Shown in pieces: positions 26,541 through 40,103 of a DNA stretch of 64,000 bases. The notes below the pieces were generated by a model. The model saw nothing but the letters and a program-made list of their open reading frames with translations. It was not told the DNA's origin and made no database searches. The DNA lies in the NCBI RefSeq assembly GCF_001194135.2, contig NC_068994.1, positions 37,805,408-37,869,407 on the forward strand, read 5' to 3'. This DNA comes from Octopus bimaculoides. Taxonomy: Eukaryota. Position 1 is the first letter of the stretch, and every line of letters begins with the position of its first letter. Both the position numbers and the translations under genes were made by a program.

Positions 26541-28209
26541 TTTTGGCACAAGGCCAGCAGTTTCAAGGAGAGGGGTTAAGTTTAATACATCGACTCCAGG
26601 GTTCAACTGCTACTTATTTTATCAATACCACAATGATGAAAGGCAAAGTCAACTTTGGCTGAATTTGATCTGGGAACATAAAGATGGATGAAATGCTACT
26701 AAGCATTTCACCGAGTGATCTAATCATACTGGTAGTTCACTGCCTTCATATTAACAACAATAACAACAACAATAATAATAATAATAATAACAAATTGTTT
26801 TGTCTTGGTATAAAAGAAGGGCTACAGCAAATATTCTGCTCAATACCACATATCTGCTTGCCAGTTGTTTGACCTTAACCAGTTGAGCATGTCCCTTAGT
26901 GGCTGACGATATGTGCATCTCTGATCACAAGCCAAAGTAGTGGAAGAGCATCATAGCCATGTGTTGAAAGGAATTCTTTGAGGCTTGGATAATTCACCTT
27001 TGGAAATTTGGTTGTTTTGCTTAACATTCTTAAAGAAACCTTCTTGAGGGACCATTTGAACAGGATGGACTACTCAACCTGATGAAAACTCTAACTGGGT
27101 CCCACCTGCAGGTTCATGCACCATTTATTTTGATATGAGATCACCATATCAGGCACATATGGTTGTGATGCATGTGCCTGATGTAACCTTATCAGACGAG
27201 TAGTCATGATGTGTATACTTGGCTTCATATATTTTACCCCAGTGTCACTTTGATGGCATGCACTGCTCTCTCTCACTCAATAATGATAATAATAATAATA
27301 ATAAAGGGTTTCAATTTTTGGTACAAGGCCAGCAATTTTGGGGGAGGTGTAAGTTGATTACATTGACCTCACCCCACCCCAGTGCTCAACTAGTATTTAT
27401 TTTATCAACCCTGAAAGGATGAAAGGCTAAGTTGACTTTGGCAGAATTTGAACTCAGAGCAAAAAGCTTAGTGGAATTTTGTCTGGTTCTAAACATGCCA
27501 CTAAGCATTTTGTTCTATGAGCTAATGGTTTTGCCAACTCACTGCTTTATAATAATGATTTCAAATTTTGGCTCAAGACCAGCAATTTTGAGGAGGGAAT
27601 AAGACGATTACATTAACCTCAGTTCTCATCTGGTTCTTACTTTATTAACCCCCAAAGGATGAAAGGTAAAGTCGACCTTGGCAGAATTTGAACTCAGAAA
27701 GTGAAGATGGACGAAATACTGCTAAGCATTTTGCCCGACATGCTGACGGTTTTGCCAGCTCAGCACCTTATCACCGCTTTATTATAATGATTAAAATAAT
27801 TGTTTCAAATTTTGGCACAAACCTTGCAATCTTCGTTAGAGGTGGGTTGGTTGATAAAATCGCTCTTCTACCCCAGTAACTAACTGGTACTTATTTTATC
27901 AATCCTGAAAGGAGGAATTGACCATTATGAGTTTTGAACTCAGAATCTAAAGAGCTGGATGAAAATGCTACTGAACATTTTGTACTGTCAGTTCATCACC
28001 TTTAATGGTTTCATATTTTGGCACAAGGCCAGTAATTCTGAAGGAAGAGTATTAGTCAGTAGCATTGACCCCATTACTTTACTGGTACTTTATTTTGTTG
28101 ACCCTGGAGGAATGTAAGGTTGAATTTGAACCCAGAATGTCAACAGTCAAAATAAATACAGCCAGACATTTTAACTGAAAATCTCTTGGGTCTGTCAACT
28201 TATCAGCTT
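26537..28209 (-). mobile_element. Head-to-tail array of five tRNA-derived SINE copies (approx. 26537-26746, 27306-27547, 27557-27768, 27801-28002, 28006-28209) separated by (AAT)n
   Basis: Each unit begins ttcaaattttggcacaaggccagc, carries ggtacttattttatc..ccc.gaaaggatgaaagg and gaatttgaactcag (B-box-like gagttcaaattc on the minus strand). Other dispersed copies at ~33400-33590, 37375-37540, 48510-48680, 57730-57840. Confidence 0.8.
26780..27288. repeat. ~500-bp unclassified interspersed repeat bounded by (AAT)n; further copies at 26197-26505 and inverted at 10344-10740
   Basis: Shared blocks ctactcaacctg..gaaaa.tctaa.tggg.cccacctgca, atggttgtgatgcatgtgcctg and accccagtg.cactttgatggcatgca..ctctctcactcaataat. 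No coding potential seen. Confidence 0.8.
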
Positions 28210-28210
28210 G

Positions 28211-28262
<52 letters not shown>

Positions 28263-28273
28263 TGATGATGATG

Positions 28274-28339
<66 letters not shown>

Positions 28340-29448
28340 GCTATTTGACTTGACAACTGCTAAATGCTTGAATAATAGTTAAGTAAATGAAATAAATGTA
28401 ATAAAATAAATATTATATATATCTGTGTATATATATATCTATGTGGGGTACTCTTGTTGAAGGTTATATATATGTATATACACACTCATATATATGTATA
28501 TATATATGTATATATCGTTTGTGTGTGTGTGTATATATATATATATACATATATACACACATACTAACATTATGTGTTTGTGTGTATAAACAATGCAATT
28601 TCTATTAAAATGTTTCCATTTATATTTCCATATTTCTTCTTTATATTTAAAACAAAACAAAATAATGACGAGATAATGCAGTTAATGCCTTACAAAACAA
28701 TATCATAAATACAAGAAACATTTCATAAACAAAAACAAAATAAAACAAAACACACAAAAAAAACAACCAATAAAAATAAGTCATATTTGAAACTTAATTT
28801 TAAAATGGGTTCACTGAGGTTAAATATATAATTTAAGGAGACATAGATTGGGAGAAAGAACCCCTCAGAACAACTATTTTTAGTGGATTGTAATTATGCA
28901 CCCATTAACACTTAATATTTTCAATACACAAAACATTGTGCAAAAGAAATAAAATAAAAATATTTTTCGATTTTTCCATTACACACATATATATATAAGT
29001 TTGTGTGAGTGTGTTTATGTGTGTGTGTGTCTGTGTCCATATACATGCACACATGTATATATTTACCTACATATATACACNNNNNNNNNNNNNNNNNNNN
29101 NNNNNNNNNNNNNNNNNNNNNNNNNNNNNNNNNNNNNNNNNNNNNNNNNNNNNNNNNNNNNNNNNNNNNNNNNNNNNNNNNNNNNNNNNNNNNNNNNNNN
29201 NNNNNNNNNNNNNNNNNNNNNNNNNNNNNNNNNNNNNNNNNNNNNNNNNNNNNNNNNNNNNNNNNNNNNNNNNNNNNNNNNNNNNNNNNNNNNNNNNNNN
29301 NNNNNNNNNNNNNNNNNNNNNNNNNNNNNNNNNNNNNNNNNNNNNNNNNNNNNNNNNNNNNNNNNNNNNNNNNNNNNNNNNNNNNNNNNNNNNNNNNNNN
29401 NNNNNNNNNNNNNNNNNNNNNNNNNNNNNNNNNNNNNNNNNNNNNNNN

Positions 29449-29485
<37 letters not shown>

Positions 29486-30318
29486 TATATACATATATAT
29501 ATACATACATATATACACATGTACATACATGTATTATATGTATGCATGTGTGTACATACATATACATACACACATATATATATATATATATATAAAACAT
29601 ACATATACATACACATACGTATATAAATAGATGCATACATACATATATTTGTGTGAGTGTTGTGTATGTGTGCGTGTGTGTGTTTGGGAGTGTGTATATG
29701 CATACATACATGTATTTAAAACCAATTGCTTTCTTCTATTGCTACTCATACATCTCCATAAAAAAATAAAAATCGAAAGGAGAATGCTTTGATAGAAAAG
29801 CAGCTTGCCTATGGCCAAAACATATAAAAGCAGAGAAAAAATACTACTACTACTACTAATAATAATAATCATTAAAATATAAAATAAATTCTATTAAATT
29901 CAAAGTAAGAAATGAATTAACGTAACATGGAGTACATGTATTTACTAAAGAAATTATGTTTAGTGAGAGATCTAAATGGGTTATTTAGAGTGCATTTCCT
30001 TATTATGTCTTTATTCAGTTTTTTTCTTTTTATTTTTCATTTAAATGAAACTGGCCACAAAGCTTTATTAAGCAGTGCAGATGGTGACTATAACAAATCT
30101 ATAACCGTTTCTGTTTTTTCTGTTTGTTTAGAAATGTATGACTGCTTATACTTGTATTCAGACATGTCTATGTATGCATACATGAATATCTATGTTTATT
30201 TAAATGTGTGTGCATGTGTATGTGTGTGTGTGTTTGTGGTATGTGTATATATATGTATACATATATATGTGTGTGTATGTATGTATGTGTATATATATAT
30301 ATATGTATNNNNNNNNNN

Positions 30319-30352
<34 letters not shown>

Positions 30353-30819
30353 AACACACACACAGAGATGGAGTGAGAGAGAAAGAGAGAAGAGAGTGAA
30401 GGAAAGAGAGAGAGAAAGAGATGTATATATCACAACTATACAGAAATTAAGTGTAACTGTTTGTTCAAGAAACGAAGTTGCTTGACAAAAGTGATATAAA
30501 AAGTTTCATAGATACTTTTAAATACACTCTGTCATTACTATATAGTAATATTTACTACATTATAACACTGTGCTCTCAGGCATTTTCACCTGGTTTCTGT
30601 GAAATATACATACATGCATACATATATTATCCTATCCTTTGATATATATATTATGATTTCACTTAGCCATAGCGATATTAATACTAGTTGTTACATATGC
30701 TTTAGATTAAAGTGTTGGGTGAATACAGAACATTAATTAATGAATGAAAGGAGAACAAGAATCAAATAATTAGCTTCATTTATTTACAACTGTTTCTGAA
30801 TATATATACATGACAGTGC

Positions 30820-31160
30820 AGATGGTGGGAGAGTTATGTAGCAATGTACATCTGGAAGATCCTGGAAGGAATTGTGCCAAATTTTGACATTGAAAGCTAA
30901 ACCAATGCCAGAACCAGTCGACACTGCACAATGCGAAAGATCTCAGCAACGCCATTGTGCTTCAGGACCAGTTACTGCAACAGCCTGGGTTTCAAGGACC
31001 CACAGCTTTTTAATATTCTCACAAAGAGCCTGAGAAACCTGCACAAAGTGGATGTAGATGTTTTCAAATCAAAACTGGACCTCTTCCTGTTGAGAGTTCC
31101 AGATGAACCTACTTCATGGCAAGAGGTGCAAATGAGAGTAGCAAGTGCCACATATTAAAG
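30820..31160 (+). mobile_element. CR1-group LINE ORF2 C-terminal fragment
   Basis: Translation RWWESYVAMYIWKILEGIVPNF...SLGFKDPQLFNILTKSLRNLHKVDVDVFKSKLDLFLLRVPDEP resembles the post-RT tail of CR1-type elements (RRERY..IY.WKI; FK..LD.FL...PDEP). Confidence 0.75.
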
Positions 31161-32965
31161 GAGGCTCTCAGTAATAACAGTGTAGCAAAATGGCGGTGCC
31201 CCAACATGGCCACAGCTCTGAGCTGAAACTACAAAAAGGAAAGGAAAAGGAAATGACACATTACTCCTCAGCGACAGAGTAATGAATTTTCTGTCCTCAC
31301 CCCAGGCCCTCAAATCTATACACACTTATACAACTGCCCAATTAGTGTCAGTCTCATAAAAGCATTGCCTGGGATGGAGGGCCAGTTCCTCTACTGCAGT
31401 TACATTATTAGCTGTTACCATGGGTTTCACAAACTCTTCAAAGTTGGTAAGATTGAGCCATTAATATTTCTCTTAAGCTGTTGCTGAACAACAGCTGGAA
31501 AAAAAATAAGGAAAAACACACTTGTAAAGAAAGGGTTCCAGAGGGATAAAGTTCTAAGGGAGAAGAATTTGGCATAGGGGTTAGAGCAGGACCTGGGAGA
31601 ACACAATGTGAGTGATGAGAAAAGAAAAGTTAAGTTAGCAAAGTTACCCTTTCAAGTCATACTGATTCATAAGGGCTGGTTTCCCAGTTTCGTGGCATAT
31701 ATATTCCCTACTTAGACTGGATACCAGTCCTTGCAGGATTACTCATTTTTGCCAGCTGAGTGGACTGGAGCAATGTGAAACGAAGAGTTTTGCTCAAGTA
31801 CATAATGTATTGCCTGGTCCAGGAATCAAAGCTGCAACCTTACAATCACAAGTTCAACACCCTAACCACAAAACCATGTGCCTCCACAGCCAAGGACTGA
31901 GGCTCTATAGTATCACAAGAAAAAGTAGAACGAGAAACATAATGTTTACAGGTCAGTAGTTGATGCAATGTATGTTGGCCAGCAACTTTGTGCCAATCAG
32001 TTGAGTGTTCTTTTTTTTTTGGAATGTGGTCTTGGATGTCTATGTGTGTTACTACTGCACCAATCTGGATGTGGAAGTGGTACTCCAAATTAGGTTACAA
32101 CTTGGTTTTATGTAGAGGGTTGGTAGTTGTGGACTGAAATATTTTCTAGCTCTCTGAAGAGGAAAGCCAGTTGTTATGATGCAGTTTTTGTTATGTTGTG
32201 TATGTACATTTGTAGACAAATTTGTAGTTGTTGTTTATTTAAATATCAGACCTGGCCGAGCAGAAGCAAACCTATGATCAAAGGACACTCCAGTCATGCC
32301 CATCACATCTTCTTCGTTTTCAGACACAATGTATCTACCAAGATCACATATTACGGGTCCTTTTCTAAAATGTAGGATGTTACTTGAGGGAGATTTGGTT
32401 TCTATTTCAAGTAGGTCAAGCAGCCTTCTAGGGGCTCCCTTATTGGCTCAGTAACCAATGTAGGAAAAAAGTTTGTCTTTTGTAGATGTTTGATCAAAAT
32501 AAAACCTCACTAAATTGATGCTAACTTGATTTCTTTTTCATTTCCATCAAGGTTGACACATTATTTTTGCCTGCATACCTGCTGTGGTCAAGTGGCCTTC
32601 AACCTTCTGGGGTTGGTAAAATAAAATATCAGACAAGCACTGGGACCAATTTAGTATTCTTATAAACCATCCTAGATGCAAATGGAATTATATATATGAA
32701 TAACTAACATTAACTATGTTTTTCATCCTTCTGTAGTCGATTAAATAAAAAAACATCTCAAATTGATTAAATTCACCATATTTTTTCCCTGAAATTTGTG
32801 TCCTTGTATCAATGTTAGAAATCAATATTTTGTTCATAAACACTATTATCCAAAAGAACCATGAACCTGTTTATCATATCTTATGCGTAAATACCAACAT
32901 CTATGTGACTGTATGCGTTGTAAGCCTATATAAAATTATAAGAAATGAAAGTAGTAACTATACTG

Positions 32966-33361
32966 AAAAGTAATGTTTGTCACCACTTCAGCATGGCTGT
33001 TCTGTATGAACTGATGTTACTACCATTTTTTTAACCCCAAGAGAACGCTTCTTCTAGCTTGATATTGATGCAATCTGCACCCAATATATATTGCAAGTAG
33101 GGAGAGCAACCCCCTACTATCTCCTAGCAAGCAGGTGTCCACCAGTGAGGATGAGCAAAAATAGCTCGAAACCAACTGATCTGGTGTTTCTATCAAGTCA
33201 CTAGAAGGTGGTAGGGGTTCACTCCCCTGCTTGCAATATATATCAGGTGCAGATTGCCTTGATAACCCACTAGAGGAGGTGTCCTCTTGGGGTTAAGAAA
33301 ATAGTAGTAATGTCAGTTCAAATGGAACAACCATGTTGAAGTGGCAACAAAAATTACTTTT
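32966..33361. mobile_element. Degenerate fold-back element (~160-bp arms) with a hammerhead-like motif in the spacer
   Basis: aaagtaat...caccacttcagcatgg...ttaaccccaagag...gcaatctgcac..atatatattgcaag..ggggag pairs with gtagggg..cttgcaatatatat..gtgcagattgc..ctcttggggttaa..ccatgttgaagtgg..attacttt. The centre 33140-33186 contains tgaggatgagc-aaaaata-gctcgaaac. Confidence 0.8.
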
Positions 33362-35770
33362 CTCTATAAAATCACTTTTCCACCAATCATTAACGTTGGT
33401 TTCAGATTTTGGCACAAAGCCAGCTATTTCAGGGAAGAAGCTAAGTTAATTAAATTAACCCCAGTGCTCAACTGGTACTTATTTTATTGACCTTCTAAGG
33501 ATGAAAGGCAAAGTCAACCTGCCAGTATTTGAACCCAGAACACAAAGATGAACAAACTGCTGCTAAACATTTTTCCCAGCAGGCTAACAAACCACCTTTA
33601 AGAAATGTGGCCAGCAAGCCACTAGAGAGGGTCAAACTCCATACCTCTTAAGCTCCAGTTAAGAGCTCTATTCCATTAAGCTAAGTGACCCACGACCACT
33701 AATCATTAATATCAAGTGTATTTATTAAGCTTTTGATGTGTGCCTGTTTTTATTTGTAGACTTTGTATTACACTTGACCATTTTTTTATCATGTTTCTAA
33801 TGAAATACATTAATCCATGGAACTTTTTTTTTTCAATATTCATGAAGTTGGAGAGATTTTGTAAAAAATCATTACTATATTGAGAGCATATAGGATGCAC
33901 TTTTTTAAAATATCATTCCAGATTCTATATATGAATTTTGGCCTCCTATAAGCTGTAATGCATTAAAAACATTTTTGTCTGAATATGTGCAGCTGAAAGT
34001 GGTGTACACCTCATTTATGTCATCAAATATAGTCGCTTTTGCATTACTAAACTCACATTACTACATAGAAGTGTCATGGAATAGAATGTTTAAACAATTA
34101 TGCAATATGAACACCACACAATAGATGGGGAGAGTGATTAAAATGGTGGGGGTGAGAAATGCTTCAGGTGTCAGAGAGAGAAGAGAGAGAAGCAGGGTAA
34201 GGATCTTACATGTACAACAATAATGAAATGGTTTTAGGATATTGTTGCTGAAATGAATATGTTTCTTACAGTTTCTATCTGCCAAATATCACTTGCAAGG
34301 TCAATTTATAATAGAAGACACCAGCTGACAATATCCATGCAGAGGGAACAAACCTCAAACTACATGCTTCTCAAGTCTCAAGTAATCTTCTTATCTATAT
34401 GAACATGCCTGTGTCTTTAACATCAACATTATGATCATCATCAATTAAGGTCCCCTTTTCCATGCTCACAAGGTTCGGATGGAATTTGTGGCTGCAGATT
34501 TTTCTTTTACGGCCATATGCCCTTCCTGCTACCAACCACCACTTGTTTCCAAGTCAAGTAATATTTCTCAAGGCCAAATATGTCCTTTACAGACGACTGG
34601 AAATGAAGGGCACTGCATATATGGTGGTGACGCTAATTTTGAACTATCATGCACTGTCAAGACACTAACACATACATACATACATGCATACATATATACA
34701 CACACATACATACATGAATACATACATGCATATATACACACACATGCATGCATACATACATAAATGCATACATGTACACACACACACTCACATTTTATAT
34801 AGAGGCTTTGACATCTTCAGTCACAAATAGTGCAACAAAATTTTTCCTTTATATTTTATATATATTGGTTTTCCAGACCTCAATCAAACCATCCAACCCA
34901 TGCCAGCATGGAAAATGGACGTTAAACGATGATAATGATGATGAGGATATATATGAAGGGCTTCCTTTAAGTTCTATATACCAAATCCACTCACAAGGCT
35001 TTGAATAGTCTGAAGCAGAAATAGAAGAAATTTTCTCAAAGTCTGACACCAGGGGATTGAACTCGAAATTATGTAGTTGACAAGTAAGCTTCTCAATCAC
35101 AGTCATGTCTGCACATGAACACAAATTTATTTCATAAAGAAATAAATACATATCAACACACACACACACACACATACACACAGAGTTATATATATAAATA
35201 TAAATGTCACTAATTTTGCTTTTGTTAGCAAATTTTTAAGATGTTGTCATTCAACCAATTACATTGCAAAAGATATGTGTGATTTTTAACTCCACTAAAC
35301 TCCCTGAGGTCCACAGCTGGCTAAGTTATAAGTAAATCAGTTTACTGCTAAAGGGACAGTTATTCATCTTCTATTACTGTAGAGTAATTAGAGACAAGAC
35401 ACAGCGCTTTGGTGAAATATTGTTTGCTGCAGTATGTTAGAGGGTGATATTTTGTAAATTAATCAAATATCTTTTGGTTTTTTTAAAGCAATCTAAAATA
35501 TCTGTGAGTTTGTGTGCATAGTAGGAGCTCTGACCCAGATATCTGAATACATTTGTGTCTTAAACAACTTTGGGATGCAGTTTTTGGATGTCATTGATTT
35601 GTGAGACAGAGGCTGGGAATTTCCAAAGGTTAAGACTCCTTTGGTTGTAGGTTGTTCCACAGTAAAGACAGCAAAATAAATTGATTGTTAACCTTGGTAA
35701 GAAGTAACTGATTGAGTACTAGATATGTGCAATGACTAGGCTTTCATATCTCTTGTGAAACATGCGTTGA

Positions 35771-36089
35771 AGGTGCATGGCTTAGTGGTTAGGGTATTTA
35801 GCTCATGATCATAAAGTCGTGAGTTCAATTCTCAGTGGTGCATTGTATCTTTGAGCAAGACTCTTTTTTTCATATTGCTCCAGTCCACTCAGCTGTAAAA
35901 ATGAGTAGTACCTGTAATTCAAAGGTCCAGCCTTGTCACAGTCGGTGTCACACTGAATCTCCCTGAGAACTACATTAAGGGTATGTGTGTATGTGGAGTG
36001 CTCAGCCACTTGCATATTAATTTCATGAGCAGGTTGTTTCATGGATTAGATTAATTAGAACCCACATTGTAGTAACCGACGGAGTGCCA
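35771..36089 (+). mobile_element. tRNA-derived SINE, second family
   Basis: ggcttagtggttaggg (A box), gagttcaattc (B box), ttgagcaag..ttgctccagtccactcagctg..aaatgagta. Tail ctccctgagaactac..accgacggagtgcca also at 47705-47850. Antisense relatives at 31630-31887, 48105-48420, 61440-61600. Confidence 0.75.
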
Positions 36090-36560
36090 GTGAAACATGT
36101 TTTTAAGATTTCTATTCATAACTATTAGGTATAAAAATCCAAAGACCCAGTTTTCACAAACACTAAATGTATATGAATGAATAGAACATGTCTTTAGATT
36201 TGTCAAAAACCAGGTTTTGGAGAGTCAATAGAATGAAAGTAATACTCTTGTGATTCTTTTTAGCAACTCTTGAAGTTACTAAAGGGTGTGGAAGGGCAAA
36301 CCTAGGAAAATATGATTTGGTGAAGTAAAATAATATGACTAGATACTTTAAAACTATTATTTTAGTGCTGAAATGGTTATATCAGTTTAGTTCTATCAGT
36401 TGCCACTCTTATCAGATTTCTATTCTTTTTGATAAGAGTAACCCATAACCTTGCATCATCTTGAATTTACAAGCTGTTGACAATAGCCCAATTGATTAAT
36501 CACTTAGACAGACACAGATACATACACATACACAAATATACACAAACATATATATGTATG

Positions 36561-36612
<52 letters not shown>

Positions 36613-39600
36613 CGTATGTATATATGTATATATCCATCCATCTATCTGTTTGTCTGTCTATTTATTTATTTATCTATCTGTGCGTGCGTATTGTGTGTGT
36701 GTGTTGTGTGTATGTGCATATCATGTGTATATGTGTGTATAGATTTATTATTTATGTATGTGCGTGTGTGTATGTATGTATGTATGTATGTATGTATTAC
36801 ACTAGCTTTCATGCTAGTTGTATTAGATATTTGCTGTAGGGAAAAATCAGTAAGACACTACTGCCTAATATAATCATTTTGCTAAAGTTTATTTTATTTT
36901 TATCTTGCCTCTCACCACAATTCACTTCATAGCTCCGTATTAATAGAGACAAAATAAAAAAATTAACTAGCTAGAAATAGTGAACCAAATCACCCTTAAA
37001 CCAAATCACCCATCTTTAAAGCGAATTAACAGAATCCTGGATACCTTTAAAAATATGGAATAATCAGAATTGAACTATCTTTAATTATTAGTCTGTTTGA
37101 TAAAGACCTAGTTGGGGTTAAACAAAAGCCAGAGCTTGGATTTCCTCTGGTTATTCTTTTTGTTTTTGTGCTGTTGATGGAAAACATAGGAAGATTGGTG
37201 AGGGATAGATCTCTTGAGTAGTTATTCTCATATATGAGATGACCAGGATGAAGAATTGTGGCAATATGTCAACAACCCATGCCAGCAATGGAAAACATGG
37301 ATATTAAAATGATGGGATGGTGGAGGAGAAAAAAAATCCAGAAGATGCAGATTTCGATTATTTATTTCGCTTATATTTGTTTCAAATTTTGGCACAAGGC
37401 CACCAATTTCGAGGGAGGGAATAAGTCAATTATATTGACCCCAGTACTCTGCTGGTACTTATTTTATTGTCTCCAAAAGGATGAAAGGCAAAGTCGGCCT
37501 TGGTAGAATTTGAATTCAGAATATAAAGATGGACGAAATATTAATCCATAATTAATGTCAATTGATGACTCTCCTGATCAAAAGTATCCCTCAATAAGTA
37601 ATCAAACCTCCTAATTTCAGGAAGTGTGGCAGGGAGGAATGCACTTTGTCATATTCACACTATTACTCAAAACACTTTCAAATGTAAGAGAGACAAAAAG
37701 AAAATGCGAAACCAAATCACAGATTTGGTTTGCAAGAAACATGTTTCCTACACCAAGGTCACTAAAATAAATATGAATCAAACACTGGGGGTTAATTTAA
37801 TATTCCTATAAAATTAAATTTGGCTTTGCTTTTCATCCTTCTGAGGTTGATAAAATGAAGTACTGAAACTCATTTAACATTACTAAACCTAAGCTAAATA
37901 CTGACGTTGAGTACATATTCCTATGAAGATATTCTAGACTGACTGAAATTATCATAGAAAACTAAGACAATGACTAACTTTGCTTTTTATACTTTCTACA
38001 TCAATAAAATAAAACGATGATAGTGTTTTCCATCTTATGGTCATGACCATATAAATTGTATGATTCTATCTCCAATGAGTGAGAGCAGCCCTCACACTAC
38101 ATGAGTTTTAGCTAAATCTCATGATGTTTTTTGCAGTCGCTTGTTATTCTTACATATTTTTGCCTGTTGTCCACTAATGGTTTTCCTAACAATATATCCA
38201 TTTCTATTCAACTATTTCTGGAGAACATCGATTGCGATTTCTTACATCAAAACCGCTTTGACCAGGGGTTAAACAACAACTGAAATCTGGATATTTTCAG
38301 CTAAAATATAACATCATTTATGTCCGTACTGCTAATGGTAAACATATGAAGAATTTAAAGAGGCCAGATCTTAGAGTGTTTGTCCTCACAGATGAAATGA
38401 TCATGATTACAAAGTATTAGAAACACCAATCTTTCATCTATGACAGTTATCAGTTATTTACAATTTTGTAATATATAAATGGCCAAAAATTTTTAATACA
38501 TGCAATCATCATTCACTTCTGTACAAAATAAACATAGAGCTATTTGCAATAAACAGCATGAAATTCAAGTAATAACAAACACTATACGTTCTTGTTCCAC
38601 CACAAAGTCCAGCTCTTGTTGAAGTGCTGTGATTTGTGTGCCTCAGTGACACTGAGAGCTATACCAGTGGCTCTTAGCTGGGCCTTCCCTGAGGTAAGAA
38701 TGGGTTTGGGTAGGGCCAACACTCCTACCTTGAAAATTGCAAAGTTGCACAAGCATCAATGACATTTCAAAACCAACAAGCCTGAGGAGACAAAGTCCTA
38801 CCTTCATAGATGAAATGAGAAGGACAGTCTCAGAGTTGAGAACAGAGAAGTCAACGATGGATTATGCTCCATAGAGAGGGGAGGGTTCAAGTAAGTGTAC
38901 ATTCTTGTTCTGTAAATTCCAGACAGTTATCATTATTTGTTCCATTTATGCCCATCTTTTCATACTAGCATGGATTGGATGTGGAGTTATTTGAGGCAGG
39001 ATTTTTACAGCCAGATGCTCTTCCAATTATCAATCCCATCTATTTTTCAAATAAAGTTTTTTTTTAGCCCACAGATTTTTAAATCACAGAGAGCCAGTCA
39101 TTATGTCAATAAAGAAACTAAACATCATATCAATATTTAGCTCAGCAGCTGACAAGCAAAGCCTTCAGGAGTCAATATCTTTGCACATATGCACACACAC
39201 ACACACAAGCGTGTGCGCATGCATGCACTCACATACAATGTCATCATGGTTTTAATGTCTTCATAGATAATTTCCATAGCAAAAGTCTTTCCATGTCCAA
39301 GTGTACACAAACAAGTCAAATTTTGTTGTGCAGACATATATTTCAATCAAAGCTGCTTTTTTTTTACCTCTAGTTAATTAATTCTATTTGACATGGTTTC
39401 TACAGCTGGATACACTTCCAGCCACTTCAAGAGTCTAATGGGTGCTTTTCATGTGTCACCAGTATGGGTGCCATTTACATGACTCTGGAAATGGCCACAA
39501 CTATCAGTTGGCTTGACAAGTCTTCTCAAGCACAACATGTTGCCAAAAGTCTCAGCCACTTTTTATCGCCTCCATGAGACCCAAAATATATATGTACACA

Positions 39601-39717
39601 TAGATACAGATAGATAGATATAGATTTATATATGCATGTATGTGTGTATGTACTTATGTATATGTATATATATATATATATATGTATGTGTGTGCATATA
39701 TATATATATATATATAT

Positions 39718-40100
39718 CATCATCATCGTTTAAAGTCCGTTTTCCATGCTAGCATGGGTTGGATGGTTCGACTGGGGACTGGAAAGCCAGGAAGCTGCAC
39801 CAGGCTCCAGTCTGCTCTGGCAGTGTTTCTACAGCTGGATGCCCTTCCTAACACCAACCACTCCGTGAGTGTAGTGGGTGCTTTTTCCGTGCCACCGGCA
39901 CAGGGGCCTGAGGAGACTGGTAATTGCCACGATCGGTTGGTGCTTTTTACATGCCACTGGCACAGGTATCACAACTACAATTTCCATTTGATTTTCATTT
40001 TGATTTTGATGTATTTGACTCAATAGGTCTCCTCAAGCACAGCAGGTCACCCATGATCTAAGGTACTTTTGAATGGGCTGGGGCTGGTTATGTGAAACTG
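39718..40100 (-). mobile_element. RTE-type retroposon 3' end with (GAT)n tail; copies at 21819-21983 (-), 49611-49724 (+), 61670-61810 (+)
   Basis: Shared catcatcgtttaa.gtccg.tttccatgctagcatgggttgga and gtttctacagctggatgcccttcctaac.ccaaccact. Older variants at ~13560-13770, 34455-34660, 47040-47210. The clade assignment is inference. Confidence 0.65.
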
Positions 40101-40103
40101 GCA

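Noticed and set aside
26537-28209. CRISPR-like array or tRNA gene cluster
   Set aside because: The units are ~200-bp diverged SINEs with triplet tails in eukaryotic DNA. There are no short identical repeats with unique spacers, and the heads do not fold into complete cloverleaves.
31380-31525. Strong minus-strand acceptor (tttttccttattttttttccag at ~31497) as an extra cassette exon in the long intron
   Set aside because: All three frames reach a stop within ~23 codons, before any plausible donor.
31846-32088. 80-aa minus-strand ORF within the intron
   Set aside because: It runs into a SINE head, has no recognisable domain, and has no compatible splice sites.
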